IMG/VR virus record: IMGVR_UViG_2588253758_000004
Origin: a virus
Lineage: Duplodnaviria > Caudoviricetes
Strand: one strand, 5' to 3'
Length of the DNA stretch: 64,000 bases
Shown in pieces: positions 18,317 through 28,009 of the stretch. Made by a program: the position numbers and the translations under genes. The first letter of the stretch is position 1. Every line of letters begins with the position of its first letter. The notes under the pieces are model-generated. The model had not been told where the DNA came from and did not search any database. It saw nothing but the letters and a program-made list of their open reading frames with translations.

Positions 18317-19369
18317 CTAAAGTTTAGAGAGGTACGACAATCCGAGTTCCACATCATCAATCTGTTTCTCTTGGCAGAACTCTTCGTAGGTTTCACGGAT
18401 TTTGCCCGTGTCGAACTTTTCAAAGAGCGAAGAGGAGGCAACTTCAATCTGTTCCACAGCTTCGGTGATGATTTCGACTTTGGAGGCTCCGGCTTCGAGC
18501 AGAATGGACTTGTTGATGGATGCACTCTTTTCGGGCGTGGTATGTACACGCACCTTGGTGCGATAGCGACCACCTTCCTTCATCTCATCCAACAGGTCAG
18601 TCAGGCGAATATCCACTTTGTCGCCATCCACATCAATCACCTTGTAGCGCACATTGGCTCTGTTCTGAACGAACTCGTGTGAGCCGTCATTATAGAGCAC
18701 CGTATAACCCTTCTCTTCGTCCTCACCAAAGTTGTGCTGACGAGCAGAGCCGATGTATTCGATACGAGTTTTAGGGATTACGCAACGATTATGATAGTGA
18801 GCAACAAAAACACGCTCAAACTCCTCGAAGATATTTGCAGGCAGCTCCTTGTCGCTCGGTTGCGACAAAGCACCATTAATACCTTCGTGGATATAGAGAT
18901 AGTTTTTCTTGCTGCCGTCTAAGGCATTGCGTTTCAAGTCGGAGAGCTTGTCACAGAAACTGCCATCTTCGGGAAAGTAAGCTATCATATGTAGCAACGC
19001 ATACCTGCCGTCACCAATGGGTAGCGTAACATAATCGTCGGCTACCAATACATTCGGGTGCTGGTTGTATATATGGCAATAACCCCGATTAGCCTCCAAT
19101 GAGACTTTATCGTGGTTGCCGTTTGCAATGGATACATTGATGCCTTGTTCGGCTGCACTGAGCAGACAGTCGTGCACAGCCAGTAGAATATCAAGCGTTT
19201 GAGAAGGGCGTGATAGAAATAGGTCTCCACAGATAGCTATCTGCGAGACATTCATTTTGTTACATATTGTTAGTGCCTCGTTCCAATTGGCGATAAATTC
19301 TGGTATGTTTTCCTTTCCAATGTGCAGATCGTTCATCAGTAACAGGCACGGATAATTACTTTTTGCCAT
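18317..19369 (-). CDS. sbcD: SbcD/Mre11/gp47-like nuclease (start revised to MAKSN)
   Basis: DLH, GDLF, GNHD, AHYH, YIGS..QHNFGE. Confidence 0.9.
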   Translation of the reverse strand: MAKSNYPCLLLMNDLHIGKENIPEFIANWNEALTICNKMNVSQIAICGDLFLSRPSQTLDILLAVHDCLLSAAEQGINVSIANGNHDKVSLEANRGYCHIYNQHPNVLVADDYVTLPIGDGRYALLHMIAYFPEDGSFCDKLSDLKRNALDGSKKNYLYIHEGINGALSQPSDKELPANIFEEFERVFVAHYHNRCVIPKTRIEYIGSARQHNFGEDEEKGYTVLYNDGSHEFVQNRANVRYKVIDVDGDKVDIRLTDLLDEMKEGGRYRTKVRVHTTPEKSASINKSILLEAGASKVEIITEAVEQIEVASSSLFEKFDTGKIRETYEEFCQEKQIDDVELGLSYLSKL

Positions 19370-19446
19370 AATAGATTGTGCAAATGGCAAAGGAAAGCGG
19401 TGAGAAACCGCCCTCCCTGCCGGTAAATAATCATTGAAATTGCCTG

Positions 19447-20691
19447 TTATCGTCTGCGACGTTCCGATGATTGTGCTTCATCTTGAGCATCTTCGCCCTG
19501 CGGATCATCCGAAGCGGACTCAGGAGCTTGTTTTAGTGCCTCCTCAATCATATCCAGCAGATTCTTATTGCTGGTTCCCCGAGTGAAACGGATGTCCAAT
19601 TTCTCCTGCTCGATATAGGTGCGAATCATAGCCCTTAAATCCAGATACTCGGGTGATTTATCGCCAAGCTTCTGCTGCTCCAACTCCTCCTGTCGAACAA
19701 ACAAATCATCAAGCGAGATACCTGCACTCTCTGTGGCGTTGCCTCTCGAATCTTTAGCACGTTTGTCAAAAGAGAAGCTGCTCTTATCATCCTTTGGAAG
19801 CTCTTCACCCAGTTTGTCGATAGCATATTTCATGTCGAGGCTATCCATAATATTCATCTCGAACTTAGCATCACACTGTTTCAAAAACTCGATAGTCGCC
19901 TCGTATAGATAGCGATTGTAGCGATAGATGATTTCGGGAATGCGAGGGGCTGCCATCAGTTTTGCAAGCTCCTCATTGGTCAGAGCAATGCTATCTGAAA
20001 CGTGGTCAATATCGACAACATATTCGGTCTTGCCACCGTTTTTGCGTTTCTCAATCTCTACGGCATAGCCATTATAGACTGACGAAATAGGACACGGGAA
20101 GCCCGGAGATTTGGATAACTTCTTTTGCCATAGCTTGAATTTGCGCTCATCCAACTCTTTGAACTGCGAGTGTGACAGGGTGAGCATCTGGATTCCTTTG
20201 GCTCGCTCATCAAGGTCGATGATGTACATAACGTGACCGTAGCCATATTTCAGACCACCGCCAAAGGAACCTCCACCGATTTTTTCGGCAAGTTTCTCAT
20301 CATCTCGGTCGTTAGCAGCAGCTACAGCCAACTTGCGGTAGGTGTCGATAAGGTCCACAGAGAAACCCGAATCAGTAGCACGAGTTACTGACACATAGAC
20401 TGATGATGCTTTTGAGGTGGGTGTTGCCCCGGGACGAATAAGCTCCATAAGGATTTGGCGAACCGGATACTCATACCCGAGTCGGTCGCATCTCCCGTCG
20501 GTACTTGGGGCGATTGGTAGCACTCTGAGGTGGTAAGTGCCAAGTTTGTCCATACGGAAGAACTCCGTTTTACTGAACGATTTGCTCTCTTCGATGGCGC
20601 GCTGTTGGGCGGCTTCGTAGCTCTCCTGTGAGGCTACAAACATCTCTTCGACAGACATCGTTAGGATGTCTTTCTCATTGCTTTCTTGCAT
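19447..20691 (-). CDS. Putative single-stranded DNA-binding protein (T4 gp32-like)
   Basis: FFR..G.YHLRVLP motif, acidic C-terminal tail, heads the replication operon. Confidence 0.55.
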   Translation of the reverse strand: MQESNEKDILTMSVEEMFVASQESYEAAQQRAIEESKSFSKTEFFRMDKLGTYHLRVLPIAPSTDGRCDRLGYEYPVRQILMELIRPGATPTSKASSVYVSVTRATDSGFSVDLIDTYRKLAVAAANDRDDEKLAEKIGGGSFGGGLKYGYGHVMYIIDLDERAKGIQMLTLSHSQFKELDERKFKLWQKKLSKSPGFPCPISSVYNGYAVEIEKRKNGGKTEYVVDIDHVSDSIALTNEELAKLMAAPRIPEIIYRYNRYLYEATIEFLKQCDAKFEMNIMDSLDMKYAIDKLGEELPKDDKSSFSFDKRAKDSRGNATESAGISLDDLFVRQEELEQQKLGDKSPEYLDLRAMIRTYIEQEKLDIRFTRGTSNKNLLDMIEEALKQAPESASDDPQGEDAQDEAQSSERRRR

Positions 20692-20965
20692 GATTGTTAT
20701 TTGAATAAATTAAACAACCCGAATGCAATCTAATACCGTAGCTCAAGGGTTCGGTGTCACCTTGTGCGTTCAGTTGAGCAATCTAAAGAGTTCATTCATA
20801 GCAAGTAGCCGTACAACTCCAATCAAAATAGATGAGGGATCGTAAAATCCGTCAAGAAAAAAAGTATGTAATATAGGGGAATTTTGAGCGGGAAGAAGTT
20901 CCCTAAAATTCTTGGCTAATAATCTATTGCCTCAATCAGAATAAAAGATGCAAGAAGCATCACAA

Positions 20966-20996
20966 CAAAAGTAGCAATTAAGTCTGAAACTACAAA
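20966..20996 (-). promoter_or_regulatory. Bacteroidetes housekeeping promoter driving the replication operon
   Basis: Minus strand TTTG-N19-TACTTTTG (-33/-7 consensus). Confidence 0.7.
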
Positions 20997-21004
20997 AGTT
21001 TTTT

Positions 21005-21475
21005 TCAATTTTCATCTCCTTTTAGCTTCGTTCTCAATAATTTTCGCTCCTTTTCAATCTCTTGACGGTTTGCCTTAGCATACTTGTCAAGCTTACGTTT
21101 GCTTACTCCCTGATAAAACTGCTCCCTTTCGGGAGTCAATCGCTTTGCTCGTCCGCAGTAGATACCATCACGTTTGTAAAGGTCCAAATATCGCTGAAAC
21201 TTGGGCTTAGAGAGTGAGACATCCGGCGAGGCATTGCAAACCAACTCAATCACACGAATTGACGGTTCCGGAAACAGACTTTTCGGGGTCATACGCATAA
21301 TGACGGCATAAGCAGCCGGAGATTCATACTTGAGCATAAACCCAAGCGGAGTCTCTTCAAACTTATACTTCTTCCTTGTCCCCTTGGGTCTTCCGTCCTC
21401 TTTTCGGTGTGGTTGGGAGTGTTTGTTCGTCTTTTTGGTTAGTCTCACTCCCCTGAACGTCTTGGCTTGTGGCAT
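21005..21475 (-). CDS. Basic hypothetical protein, possible DNA-binding
   Basis: K/R-rich, GRPKG AT-hook-like motif. Confidence 0.6.
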   Translation of the reverse strand: MPQAKTFRGVRLTKKTNKHSQPHRKEDGRPKGTRKKYKFEETPLGFMLKYESPAAYAVIMRMTPKSLFPEPSIRVIELVCNASPDVSLSKPKFQRYLDLYKRDGIYCGRAKRLTPEREQFYQGVSKRKLDKYAKANRQEIEKERKLLRTKLKGDEN

Positions 21476-21584
21476 CGGTCTCTTCTGATTTTACGGGTTC
21501 GACAATCGGTTTTGCTGTTTGGGTGGATGTGGTGGCGATGTTTTGCCTGCTTACCACATCTCGGGTGATGTTTACTCTTTTCAT
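21363..21584 (-). CDS. Hypothetical low-complexity protein
   Basis: 73-aa ORF starting 12 nt after tail-fibre stop with AT-rich leader; overlaps next ORF by 113 nt. Confidence 0.45.
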   Translation of the reverse strand: MKRVNITRDVVSRQNIATTSTQTAKPIVEPVKSEETDATSQDVQGSETNQKDEQTLPTTPKRGRKTQGDKEEV

Positions 21585-21596
21585 AATTTATTGTTG

Positions 21597-24179
21597 TTAA
21601 ACGAAGTATGTGAAATTTATTTCTGTGCTGACATTGTAATATCCGCTCTCGTAGATATTAATGGTTCTTGAACCGCCAAATATCTTAAACCACGCACCAC
21701 GATTAAATTTATGGTCATCGTTAAAGTCAGCGTGGGTGCAGCGTAGTCCGTATCGTGGAGGCTGTATCTGATTGGGGATAACTGCCACAACACCACCCAT
21801 ATTACCTCCGTCACGTTTGGCAGTGTTGACAATGCCTTGTATGCTGACAATATTTCCAATCTGACGGATAAACAGCGCACGTGTATCTGTGGCTATGCCC
21901 GAGTTGTTCATCTGAATCCAACCGGTATCTATCAGCTTTGTTTGATAATCGTCTGCGTATGCAGCACCGATATTGCGACACGCCAACTTTTTGGCATCGG
22001 CGTTGGGTATATTTAGGTCAGACAATTTACCGTCTTTGGTCAAATATGTTCCCGAAACATCCGTTTTGGAGAGTACGTCCAACTTATCACGTAGCGTTTG
22101 CTGAGCCTGAGCCGTAGTTTTTCCACTCTTTACTAAGTGAGTTATATAGTCCTGAAACAGTTGCTCGACTGATGCAAACTTGCCATCGGCAACGGTTTTG
22201 GTATAGACTCCGATATTGGCAGCAACAGCATCTTTGTCCGATGAGTTATAGCCATCGAGCAGGCGTGGGGCAAACTTTTTCAGCTCTTTCACAACATCAG
22301 AGACCAGTACATAGCCTTCGGTTTGGGATTGCGATACTCCCTGATTATCAATGTAGGCAAAGTTGCCGGTCTTGATGCCCTCTAACTTCTGCTTGTGCGT
22401 TTCGGTGAAAATTGCTCCGGTATAGGCTCCGCCTGTGTCCAACTTTTGCCCCATCATTGCATCTATCTCAGCAACCGAGTAGACGCTGATATTTTTGCGA
22501 GACAAGGCTTTATCTGTGAGGTCGGCAAGATTAGATGCTTTGGCGAGTTTCAGATCCCCTGTGCCTTTCTTCTCCGCATCAATATTATCTCGTACCGCTT
22601 GCTGCTTCGAGGCTTTCAGAGCGTTAGCCTGCTCGTGGGTCAGGTTGTTAATCTCATCGGCAGTCAGATTGACCAATTCCAGTAGTTTATTCGAGATTTG
22701 CAGGTAACGACCGTTGCCCTCGCCTTTGGAATAGACATCTATGTTGGTTCGGGCAACTGCTTTGTCCGCCACGTCCCGCAGGTTTTCATTTGCACTGAGT
22801 TTGAGTTTTAGAGCATCAGAAACATCTTTCGCCGTCACAAATCCTGTACCGCCACCATCGAGCGAACTGCCCGATATGCTATCTAACTTCTGTTTGTAGA
22901 CAGTCGTAAAATCTTCGGTCGAGAGTTGTTTGCCGTTCACCTTATCCACTTTGCCGCCCATACCGCCCGTGTAAGTAGTCTGGGTAACAAATATCGAGTA
23001 GATATCCTTGTCTTTGAGTTTCAACTCTCCGTCAATCACCACATAGCCGTTAGGGGTAAAGACAAAGTTGCCCAGCGTGTTACGAAGCGTAAAATCGTGA
23101 GTGGTGTTGCTGATAAACCCGACAGAGGCAATCGTTGCATTATCCTTGTCTCTCCAATCCAGATAAGCGGTCAGAGCGACTTCGGTTTTGCCGTTCGTGT
23201 TGTTCTGGATAACGGCACACGCACCTGTGGAGCTTACTTTGAACGTTCCGCTCACGGTGGTGGTTCGGGTTTGCCCCTCTACCGAGAACAGAGGAACTGA
23301 GCAACGTTTGCCGTCATAGATATTGAAATTACGAAAACGGCTGATGCCTTGGTTGTAGCCGGTGTAATTGATATTGACCGACCCTTGGTCGGTGTTGTCG
23401 GTTGAGTTAGTGATATGGGTCTGATAAAGGTAGAGTGCACTGATACTTGCTTGTGTGGTTTTGATAGTCGAGCAACTAAAACCGGTGCTGTCAACCTTAG
23501 CAAGTTCTGATGCTCCCTTCATAAAACTGAATGAGCCGTCTGTACCCATAATAATCTCTGCCGTTAGCAGTTCATTCAGATAGGCTCCGAGAGTCACCTC
23601 GCCACCATCTTTGATTTTTACTTTTGCCGTGCGACCCTCTGCATTTTGAACCGCTACCTCTTTGCTCGATTTGATAGCCTTATCAATAACCACTTCCCCG
23701 GCGAACTGCACATCTTTCTGTACCCGCTGACGAGAAGAGGGAGTGTTGAGTAGTAGCGCATAACGCCCAAAGAATTTATCAATCAATCGAGGTGCATAAT
23801 CGGCTGTTATTTCGATAAATGTCGGTACTTGTCCGGTTACCGCATCAACCACCGTGGGTACTGTGTTTGTCCCTGAGCAGAGATAGCAGGTGCGACCTCG
23901 CTTGTTCACCTCATTGGCATAGACCACCGACTCGTGGTTGTTGTGCTCATAGATGTAGTACGGCAATGCGACACTCTCCGCACCCTCGAAGTAGCGAACC
24001 TTACCGCCAAGCCACACATAACCCGGCGTGATGCCACCACCTTCACTCAGGCACCCCGAAATGATAAAAGCCGAGCACTCCGAGAACAGGGCTGTCATAC
24101 CGAGTGCCAGTTCCTGCAAGTTTACTATATCGTCCGAATAGGTGTACCTACCACCTGTTTCTGCAATGTATTCCTTCAT
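21597..24179 (-). CDS. Tail fibre protein
   Basis: Follows baseplate genes; KVDKV.GKQLSTEDFT and NL.D..DK..AR.NI.VYS fibre repeats; C-terminal DTGW..RQIGNIVSIQG receptor-binding-like domain. Confidence 0.8.
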   Translation of the reverse strand: MKEYIAETGGRYTYSDDIVNLQELALGMTALFSECSAFIISGCLSEGGGITPGYVWLGGKVRYFEGAESVALPYYIYEHNNHESVVYANEVNKRGRTCYLCSGTNTVPTVVDAVTGQVPTFIEITADYAPRLIDKFFGRYALLLNTPSSRQRVQKDVQFAGEVVIDKAIKSSKEVAVQNAEGRTAKVKIKDGGEVTLGAYLNELLTAEIIMGTDGSFSFMKGASELAKVDSTGFSCSTIKTTQASISALYLYQTHITNSTDNTDQGSVNINYTGYNQGISRFRNFNIYDGKRCSVPLFSVEGQTRTTTVSGTFKVSSTGACAVIQNNTNGKTEVALTAYLDWRDKDNATIASVGFISNTTHDFTLRNTLGNFVFTPNGYVVIDGELKLKDKDIYSIFVTQTTYTGGMGGKVDKVNGKQLSTEDFTTVYKQKLDSISGSSLDGGGTGFVTAKDVSDALKLKLSANENLRDVADKAVARTNIDVYSKGEGNGRYLQISNKLLELVNLTADEINNLTHEQANALKASKQQAVRDNIDAEKKGTGDLKLAKASNLADLTDKALSRKNISVYSVAEIDAMMGQKLDTGGAYTGAIFTETHKQKLEGIKTGNFAYIDNQGVSQSQTEGYVLVSDVVKELKKFAPRLLDGYNSSDKDAVAANIGVYTKTVADGKFASVEQLFQDYITHLVKSGKTTAQAQQTLRDKLDVLSKTDVSGTYLTKDGKLSDLNIPNADAKKLACRNIGAAYADDYQTKLIDTGWIQMNNSGIATDTRALFIRQIGNIVSIQGIVNTAKRDGGNMGGVVAVIPNQIQPPRYGLRCTHADFNDDHKFNRGAWFKIFGGSRTINIYESGYYNVSTEINFTYFV

Positions 24180-24182
24180 ACG

Positions 24183-24737
24183 TTATTTGTTTGGATATAT
24201 TTCTGTTCCATCTATCTTTATCAGATATGTTTTTCCTGCCACTTTATAGCTGTTCACCACATAGGAGAGCATATAGACAAACTCTTTGGTCGGTATGGTA
24301 ATTGAGGGAACGTTCACCATAAAACTCACCTTGTTCAGAGCTCGCTCTTCGGCTAACCGATAGAACTCTCGCGGCTCTTCCAGCGGGTTGGAGGTCAAAA
24401 CCTGTTCGCTCTGCATCCATACCGTGAAGGGTTTTGCGTTTTTTGCCCCCTCGTGGTAAATATCGACACCTAGCGGTGAGCTCTCCGAGATAAAGATTCT
24501 ATCCTCCGACTTGGCAAAGTATCGTTTGAATTTGTAGTTGAGATACCATTCAAAATAGATCACCTGTGAAGTCATTCTCGCCTCGATATGCTTCTCTTTA
24601 GCAAATTGTTCAAAACGCTCATTGAGCGTTTTGAGCGGATAGACCAAACTCTGCAACAAAAGGATATACCGCCTGCCACTAAGGTAGTACGGCACCAACC
24701 GATTAATCAGTTTGTCTGTGGGCACTCTATATCTCAT
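24183..24737 (-). CDS. Baseplate wedge-like protein
   Basis: SQVIYFEWYLN..YKVAGKTY.I motif; position between baseplate J-like and fibre. Confidence 0.6.
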   Translation of the reverse strand: MRYRVPTDKLINRLVPYYLSGRRYILLLQSLVYPLKTLNERFEQFAKEKHIEARMTSQVIYFEWYLNYKFKRYFAKSEDRIFISESSPLGVDIYHEGAKNAKPFTVWMQSEQVLTSNPLEEPREFYRLAEERALNKVSFMVNVPSITIPTKEFVYMLSYVVNSYKVAGKTYLIKIDGTEIYPNK

Positions 24738-25623
24738 CGTTTCTATCTAAGATTAGTGTAATTGCTTGACGAAAGTTTGGGACCGACTTCTCTTCGCCTT
24801 TACCGCTTGACTGTTTGAGGTAGCCCGAAGAGGTGTGCGTCATTCGTCCGACCCGTACCATTGGGGTGATATGACCATCTGAATTATAGGGGGCGATGTA
24901 GATGCCCTGTACGGGTGTTGCGTTGGTGTCGATATAGACATCTGTTACATGCTCGGCACTGCGAATGGCTGCGATGATGTCCGAGACATAGATAGTCGAA
25001 TCGAACTTAATATCCTGCATAAAGACGTTGAGCTGTTCTTCAATCAGGTCATAGACCACCGATTCCATAACCGCACCGTCGTAATAGACCGATACACGCG
25101 GCACCAACACATCACCCTCCCCGCTTGTAACCTCGATACGAGTACCGGCAAACTTGATTTTGTTGATATATGCCTGAATCATCGTCAGCTCCTCAATATC
25201 TATCGCGTGCAGGCGGCCTTTGTCGCCGGTGGCCACTTTCAGAATCAGTTTATTGTCGAGGTTCACATCGCTGTGGCTCTCCATATAGGAAGCTTGAGTG
25301 ACTATCTGCTTTGTGCTATCGGTTTCAGCATAACCGAAGGCAAGTCCATCTTCACGCACCAATATCTCATCGCCCTTTTGGTATTGCTTCAGTGCGTTGA
25401 TGTAATAAGTCGGAGTGCCGTTAATGCGGTTGTTAATCACCTTGGATATATCCACCGAAAAGAGATCAAGGATAGCCTCAAAGCTAAAGACCACAGCGGC
25501 AAAAGTCCACGTTATGCCGTTGAGAATAGATAGCTTCGAGTCGCTGGAAAACTCCGAAAGTTCGAGACGTTTGTTGCGCTCCGCCACCGCCTCATCGTAT
25601 ATCTGCTTAATTGTTCGTGCCAT
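24727..25623 (-). CDS. Baseplate J-like protein
   Basis: MARTIKQI, YINKIKFAGT, IRSAEHVTDV pattern typical of Bacteroidetes myophage baseplates. Confidence 0.65.
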   Translation of the reverse strand: MARTIKQIYDEAVAERNKRLELSEFSSDSKLSILNGITWTFAAVVFSFEAILDLFSVDISKVINNRINGTPTYYINALKQYQKGDEILVREDGLAFGYAETDSTKQIVTQASYMESHSDVNLDNKLILKVATGDKGRLHAIDIEELTMIQAYINKIKFAGTRIEVTSGEGDVLVPRVSVYYDGAVMESVVYDLIEEQLNVFMQDIKFDSTIYVSDIIAAIRSAEHVTDVYIDTNATPVQGIYIAPYNSDGHITPMVRVGRMTHTSSGYLKQSSGKGEEKSVPNFRQAITLILDRNDEI

Positions 25624-26545
25624 ATTTGTATGTCGTATTGTCGATTATAAATTCCCACACACCGCCCTCGTTCCAAGCGGGTTCATTAGTCAGTACCCAT
25701 ATTGCTCCCATTCCCGAGGTGAGTATATAGCGGTTGTTTTCGTCTCGCTCTGGTTCGGCGTAGTTGCCCGATGGCACCGTTTTCATTGTGATGCGGCAAT
25801 TACGGCGGTTACCGTGTTTCTGCACTAAGCCAACTAGAAAGGCATCAATGGTCGGCTGGCGATAGACAAAAGTCAAAAGATTCAGTTCCATCAACTCCTT
25901 TAGCTCAACGAGCGGCATCAGTTTCTCTGTTTTGATACTATCGAGCGTTATCCGAAATGTGCCCCGAAGCATCGGCAAACTATCAAGTGGCAAGGAGACA
26001 TCCGACACCTTGAATCGCTCCACCGAAAGCGGTTTTAATATATACATTGCTAATGGTCGTAAATCACTCACATCAAGAGTTTTGAACGATGCTTGTATAT
26101 ACAGTGTAACTTTCCGTTTTTCGCCGATAGATGAATCGAAAATATGGGTGATATTTTGCACCGTGTCGGTGAGCGTAATGGTCTCCCCCGGAGAGTTATC
26201 ACCCCAATCAACCTCGATATTTCCGCTACCCGAACAGGAGAAGCCGACACTGATTTCAGTGTTGGAGGTGTAAACCTCAACGCACTTAGGCAGCGTAAAG
26301 CTCTTGGGGTAGACGTGCATTTCACCCGATGCCGGAGTGATACCGTGCGTATCGTAATAGGCTGAAACCTCTTTGTTAATCAGATAACCTTCGGTGTAAT
26401 TCAGCTCATCACCCGAACGCAAATCGCTATCGAGCGACAAGTTCTCATTCGTTGCCAGCAGGTCGAGAATCCCCTCCACCGAGCCGTAGATATGTAGGGC
26501 CACATCATAGATATTTTGCCCTTGTGTGATTCTGTATTTACCCAT
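25607..26545 (-). CDS. Baseplate protein with N-terminal LysM-like (gpX-like) domain (start revised to MGKY)
   Basis: YRITQGQNIYDVALHIYGSVEG..L..N; VDWGD motif. Confidence 0.65.
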   Translation of the reverse strand: MGKYRITQGQNIYDVALHIYGSVEGILDLLATNENLSLDSDLRSGDELNYTEGYLINKEVSAYYDTHGITPASGEMHVYPKSFTLPKCVEVYTSNTEISVGFSCSGSGNIEVDWGDNSPGETITLTDTVQNITHIFDSSIGEKRKVTLYIQASFKTLDVSDLRPLAMYILKPLSVERFKVSDVSLPLDSLPMLRGTFRITLDSIKTEKLMPLVELKELMELNLLTFVYRQPTIDAFLVGLVQKHGNRRNCRITMKTVPSGNYAEPERDENNRYILTSGMGAIWVLTNEPAWNEGGVWEFIIDNTTYKYGTNN

Positions 26546-27218
26546 TTTTCTCTCTGACCTCCAATAATAGTTCACCTGTTTCCGAGTTCATATAGGCGTT
26601 AACGACAATCATATTGTCCGCCTCAAACTCCTTTTGAAGCTTCGCTGCCAATCCTGAGTTCTCAAAATTGCCGTGCAGAAAGTCTATCAGCCCAACACCG
26701 GTTAGGGGATGCTGGTAGAGCGTACCTGCCGATGCCCGAAGCAGAAAGTTTTGGTTCTGTGACAGCGATGCCTTTACCAGCAAATCGGTCTCTTTGCCGC
26801 TATACAGGCTCAGGCGACCACCCTCTAACCGCAGGTTGAAATAGTTCTGCTCATTGATTGCTCTGAACTCTGCCAAACGAATTGCAACGCCATCGGGCAA
26901 AGCCACATCAAACCACAACCCGTTATCACTTGCATTGCGAATAAACTCCGAGAGATCGCTATTCAAATCCACCCGAAACCGCACTCTCAACTGCTTGAAA
27001 ATAGGTTTGTAGGGAATGGAGATATGCGCTTCAAGCCCATCTTTGACTCGTTTCTCGAAGTTCTGCGGAATAATGACCTCTCCATAACAGTAGTTGTCGT
27101 TATCAGCCCCCGGCACACTATCGAGCAGCACAAAATCATAGTTCATCTTGCCGATTATATTGTCTGTGGTCTCCAACTCGCCGTAATCGGCATCTATCTG
27201 TATATCTTGTCTTGCCAT
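26538..27218 (-). CDS. Baseplate protein, gp25-like C-terminus (start revised to MARQD)
   Basis: G..YQHPLTGVGL..FL motif; baseplate operon position. Confidence 0.55.
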   Translation of the reverse strand: MARQDIQIDADYGELETTDNIIGKMNYDFVLLDSVPGADNDNYCYGEVIIPQNFEKRVKDGLEAHISIPYKPIFKQLRVRFRVDLNSDLSEFIRNASDNGLWFDVALPDGVAIRLAEFRAINEQNYFNLRLEGGRLSLYSGKETDLLVKASLSQNQNFLLRASAGTLYQHPLTGVGLIDFLHGNFENSGLAAKLQKEFEADNMIVVNAYMNSETGELLLEVREKNG

Positions 27219-27227
27219 CGTATAATT

Positions 27228-27262
27228 AAAAAAGCCGCCCAATCGTTTAGGAGTGAGCGGCT
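27228..27262 (-). terminator. Terminator-like hairpin
   Basis: AGCCGCTCA..TGGGCGGC followed by a T run on the minus strand. Confidence 0.65.
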
Positions 27263-27277
27263 GGTTTCACTCTATAA

Positions 27278-27309
27278 AAGAATAGAGAAAACAGAGCAAG
27301 AAAGTTTAT
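27278..27309 (-). promoter_or_regulatory. Putative phage-sigma late promoter (copy 3)
   Basis: ATAAACT-N17-CTATTCTT upstream of baseplate genes. Confidence 0.75.
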
Positions 27310-27633
27310 TTAGTCACCGGAAATCGAGTCATAAATGGTAGAAACCGTACCCCACATATCATCGGGCAGGTTCTCGTCAGAGATTTTCTCGCATACCATT
27401 TTCAGGTACTCCATCTCGTCTTTGGAGAAGTCGATATGTAGCGGTTTATCTTTCTCTACATCCCACTCGATACGTTTGGTCTCGGCGTTCTCGTGAAGAT
27501 TAATCTCTTCGCGCTCCGTTTCTGAGATTTCGATTTTGCGTAGAATCTCTTTCTTGAGATTGAACTGTTTGAAGTTACCCTCCTTGGGCAGAAATACCGG
27601 TAGGTAAAGCCTGTCTTTGATGCTTAATTCCAT
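27310..27633 (-). CDS. Hypothetical protein (possible fibre chaperone)
   Basis: 107-aa acidic ORF after fibre genes. Confidence 0.65.
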   Translation of the reverse strand: MELSIKDRLYLPVFLPKEGNFKQFNLKKEILRKIEISETEREEINLHENAETKRIEWDVEKDKPLHIDFSKDEMEYLKMVCEKISDENLPDDMWGTVSTIYDSISGD

Positions 27634-27650
27634 AACTGATTTTTTAGTGT

Positions 27651-27962
27651 TTATTTTTCTGATGATTGTTGAGTTGCTGTTTGGGGATTAATTTCATCCC
27701 TGATGAGTTCCATAAAGAGCTCAAAGTCCTCGAAGATTTTTAACAAGGGTGCGTTCCCGGGCAGTGAGCAGTTGATGTTGTCATTCTCGAAGATGACATA
27801 TCCGAGATGTCGTTTCTCGTTGAGTTCACCCGTAGGCAATGCAAAAACCGATGCTTGGACTTTCGTTAAGGTGTTGTTGGAGGCTGTGAACTCCAAAGAG
27901 TAGAAGGCATTTCGGGTGCTCTCCTCTGCTGTTTTGATGATTGTTGTCTTTATAATTTCCAT
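27651..27962 (-). CDS. Hypothetical protein
   Basis: ORF in tail operon; start revised to MEII. Confidence 0.6.
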   Translation of the reverse strand: MEIIKTTIIKTAEESTRNAFYSLEFTASNNTLTKVQASVFALPTGELNEKRHLGYVIFENDNINCSLPGNAPLLKIFEDFELFMELIRDEINPQTATQQSSEK

Positions 27963-28009
27963 AATTGAGATGTGTTTCATTAAGATTAGTGGATGCGGAG
28001 CTGAAAAGT

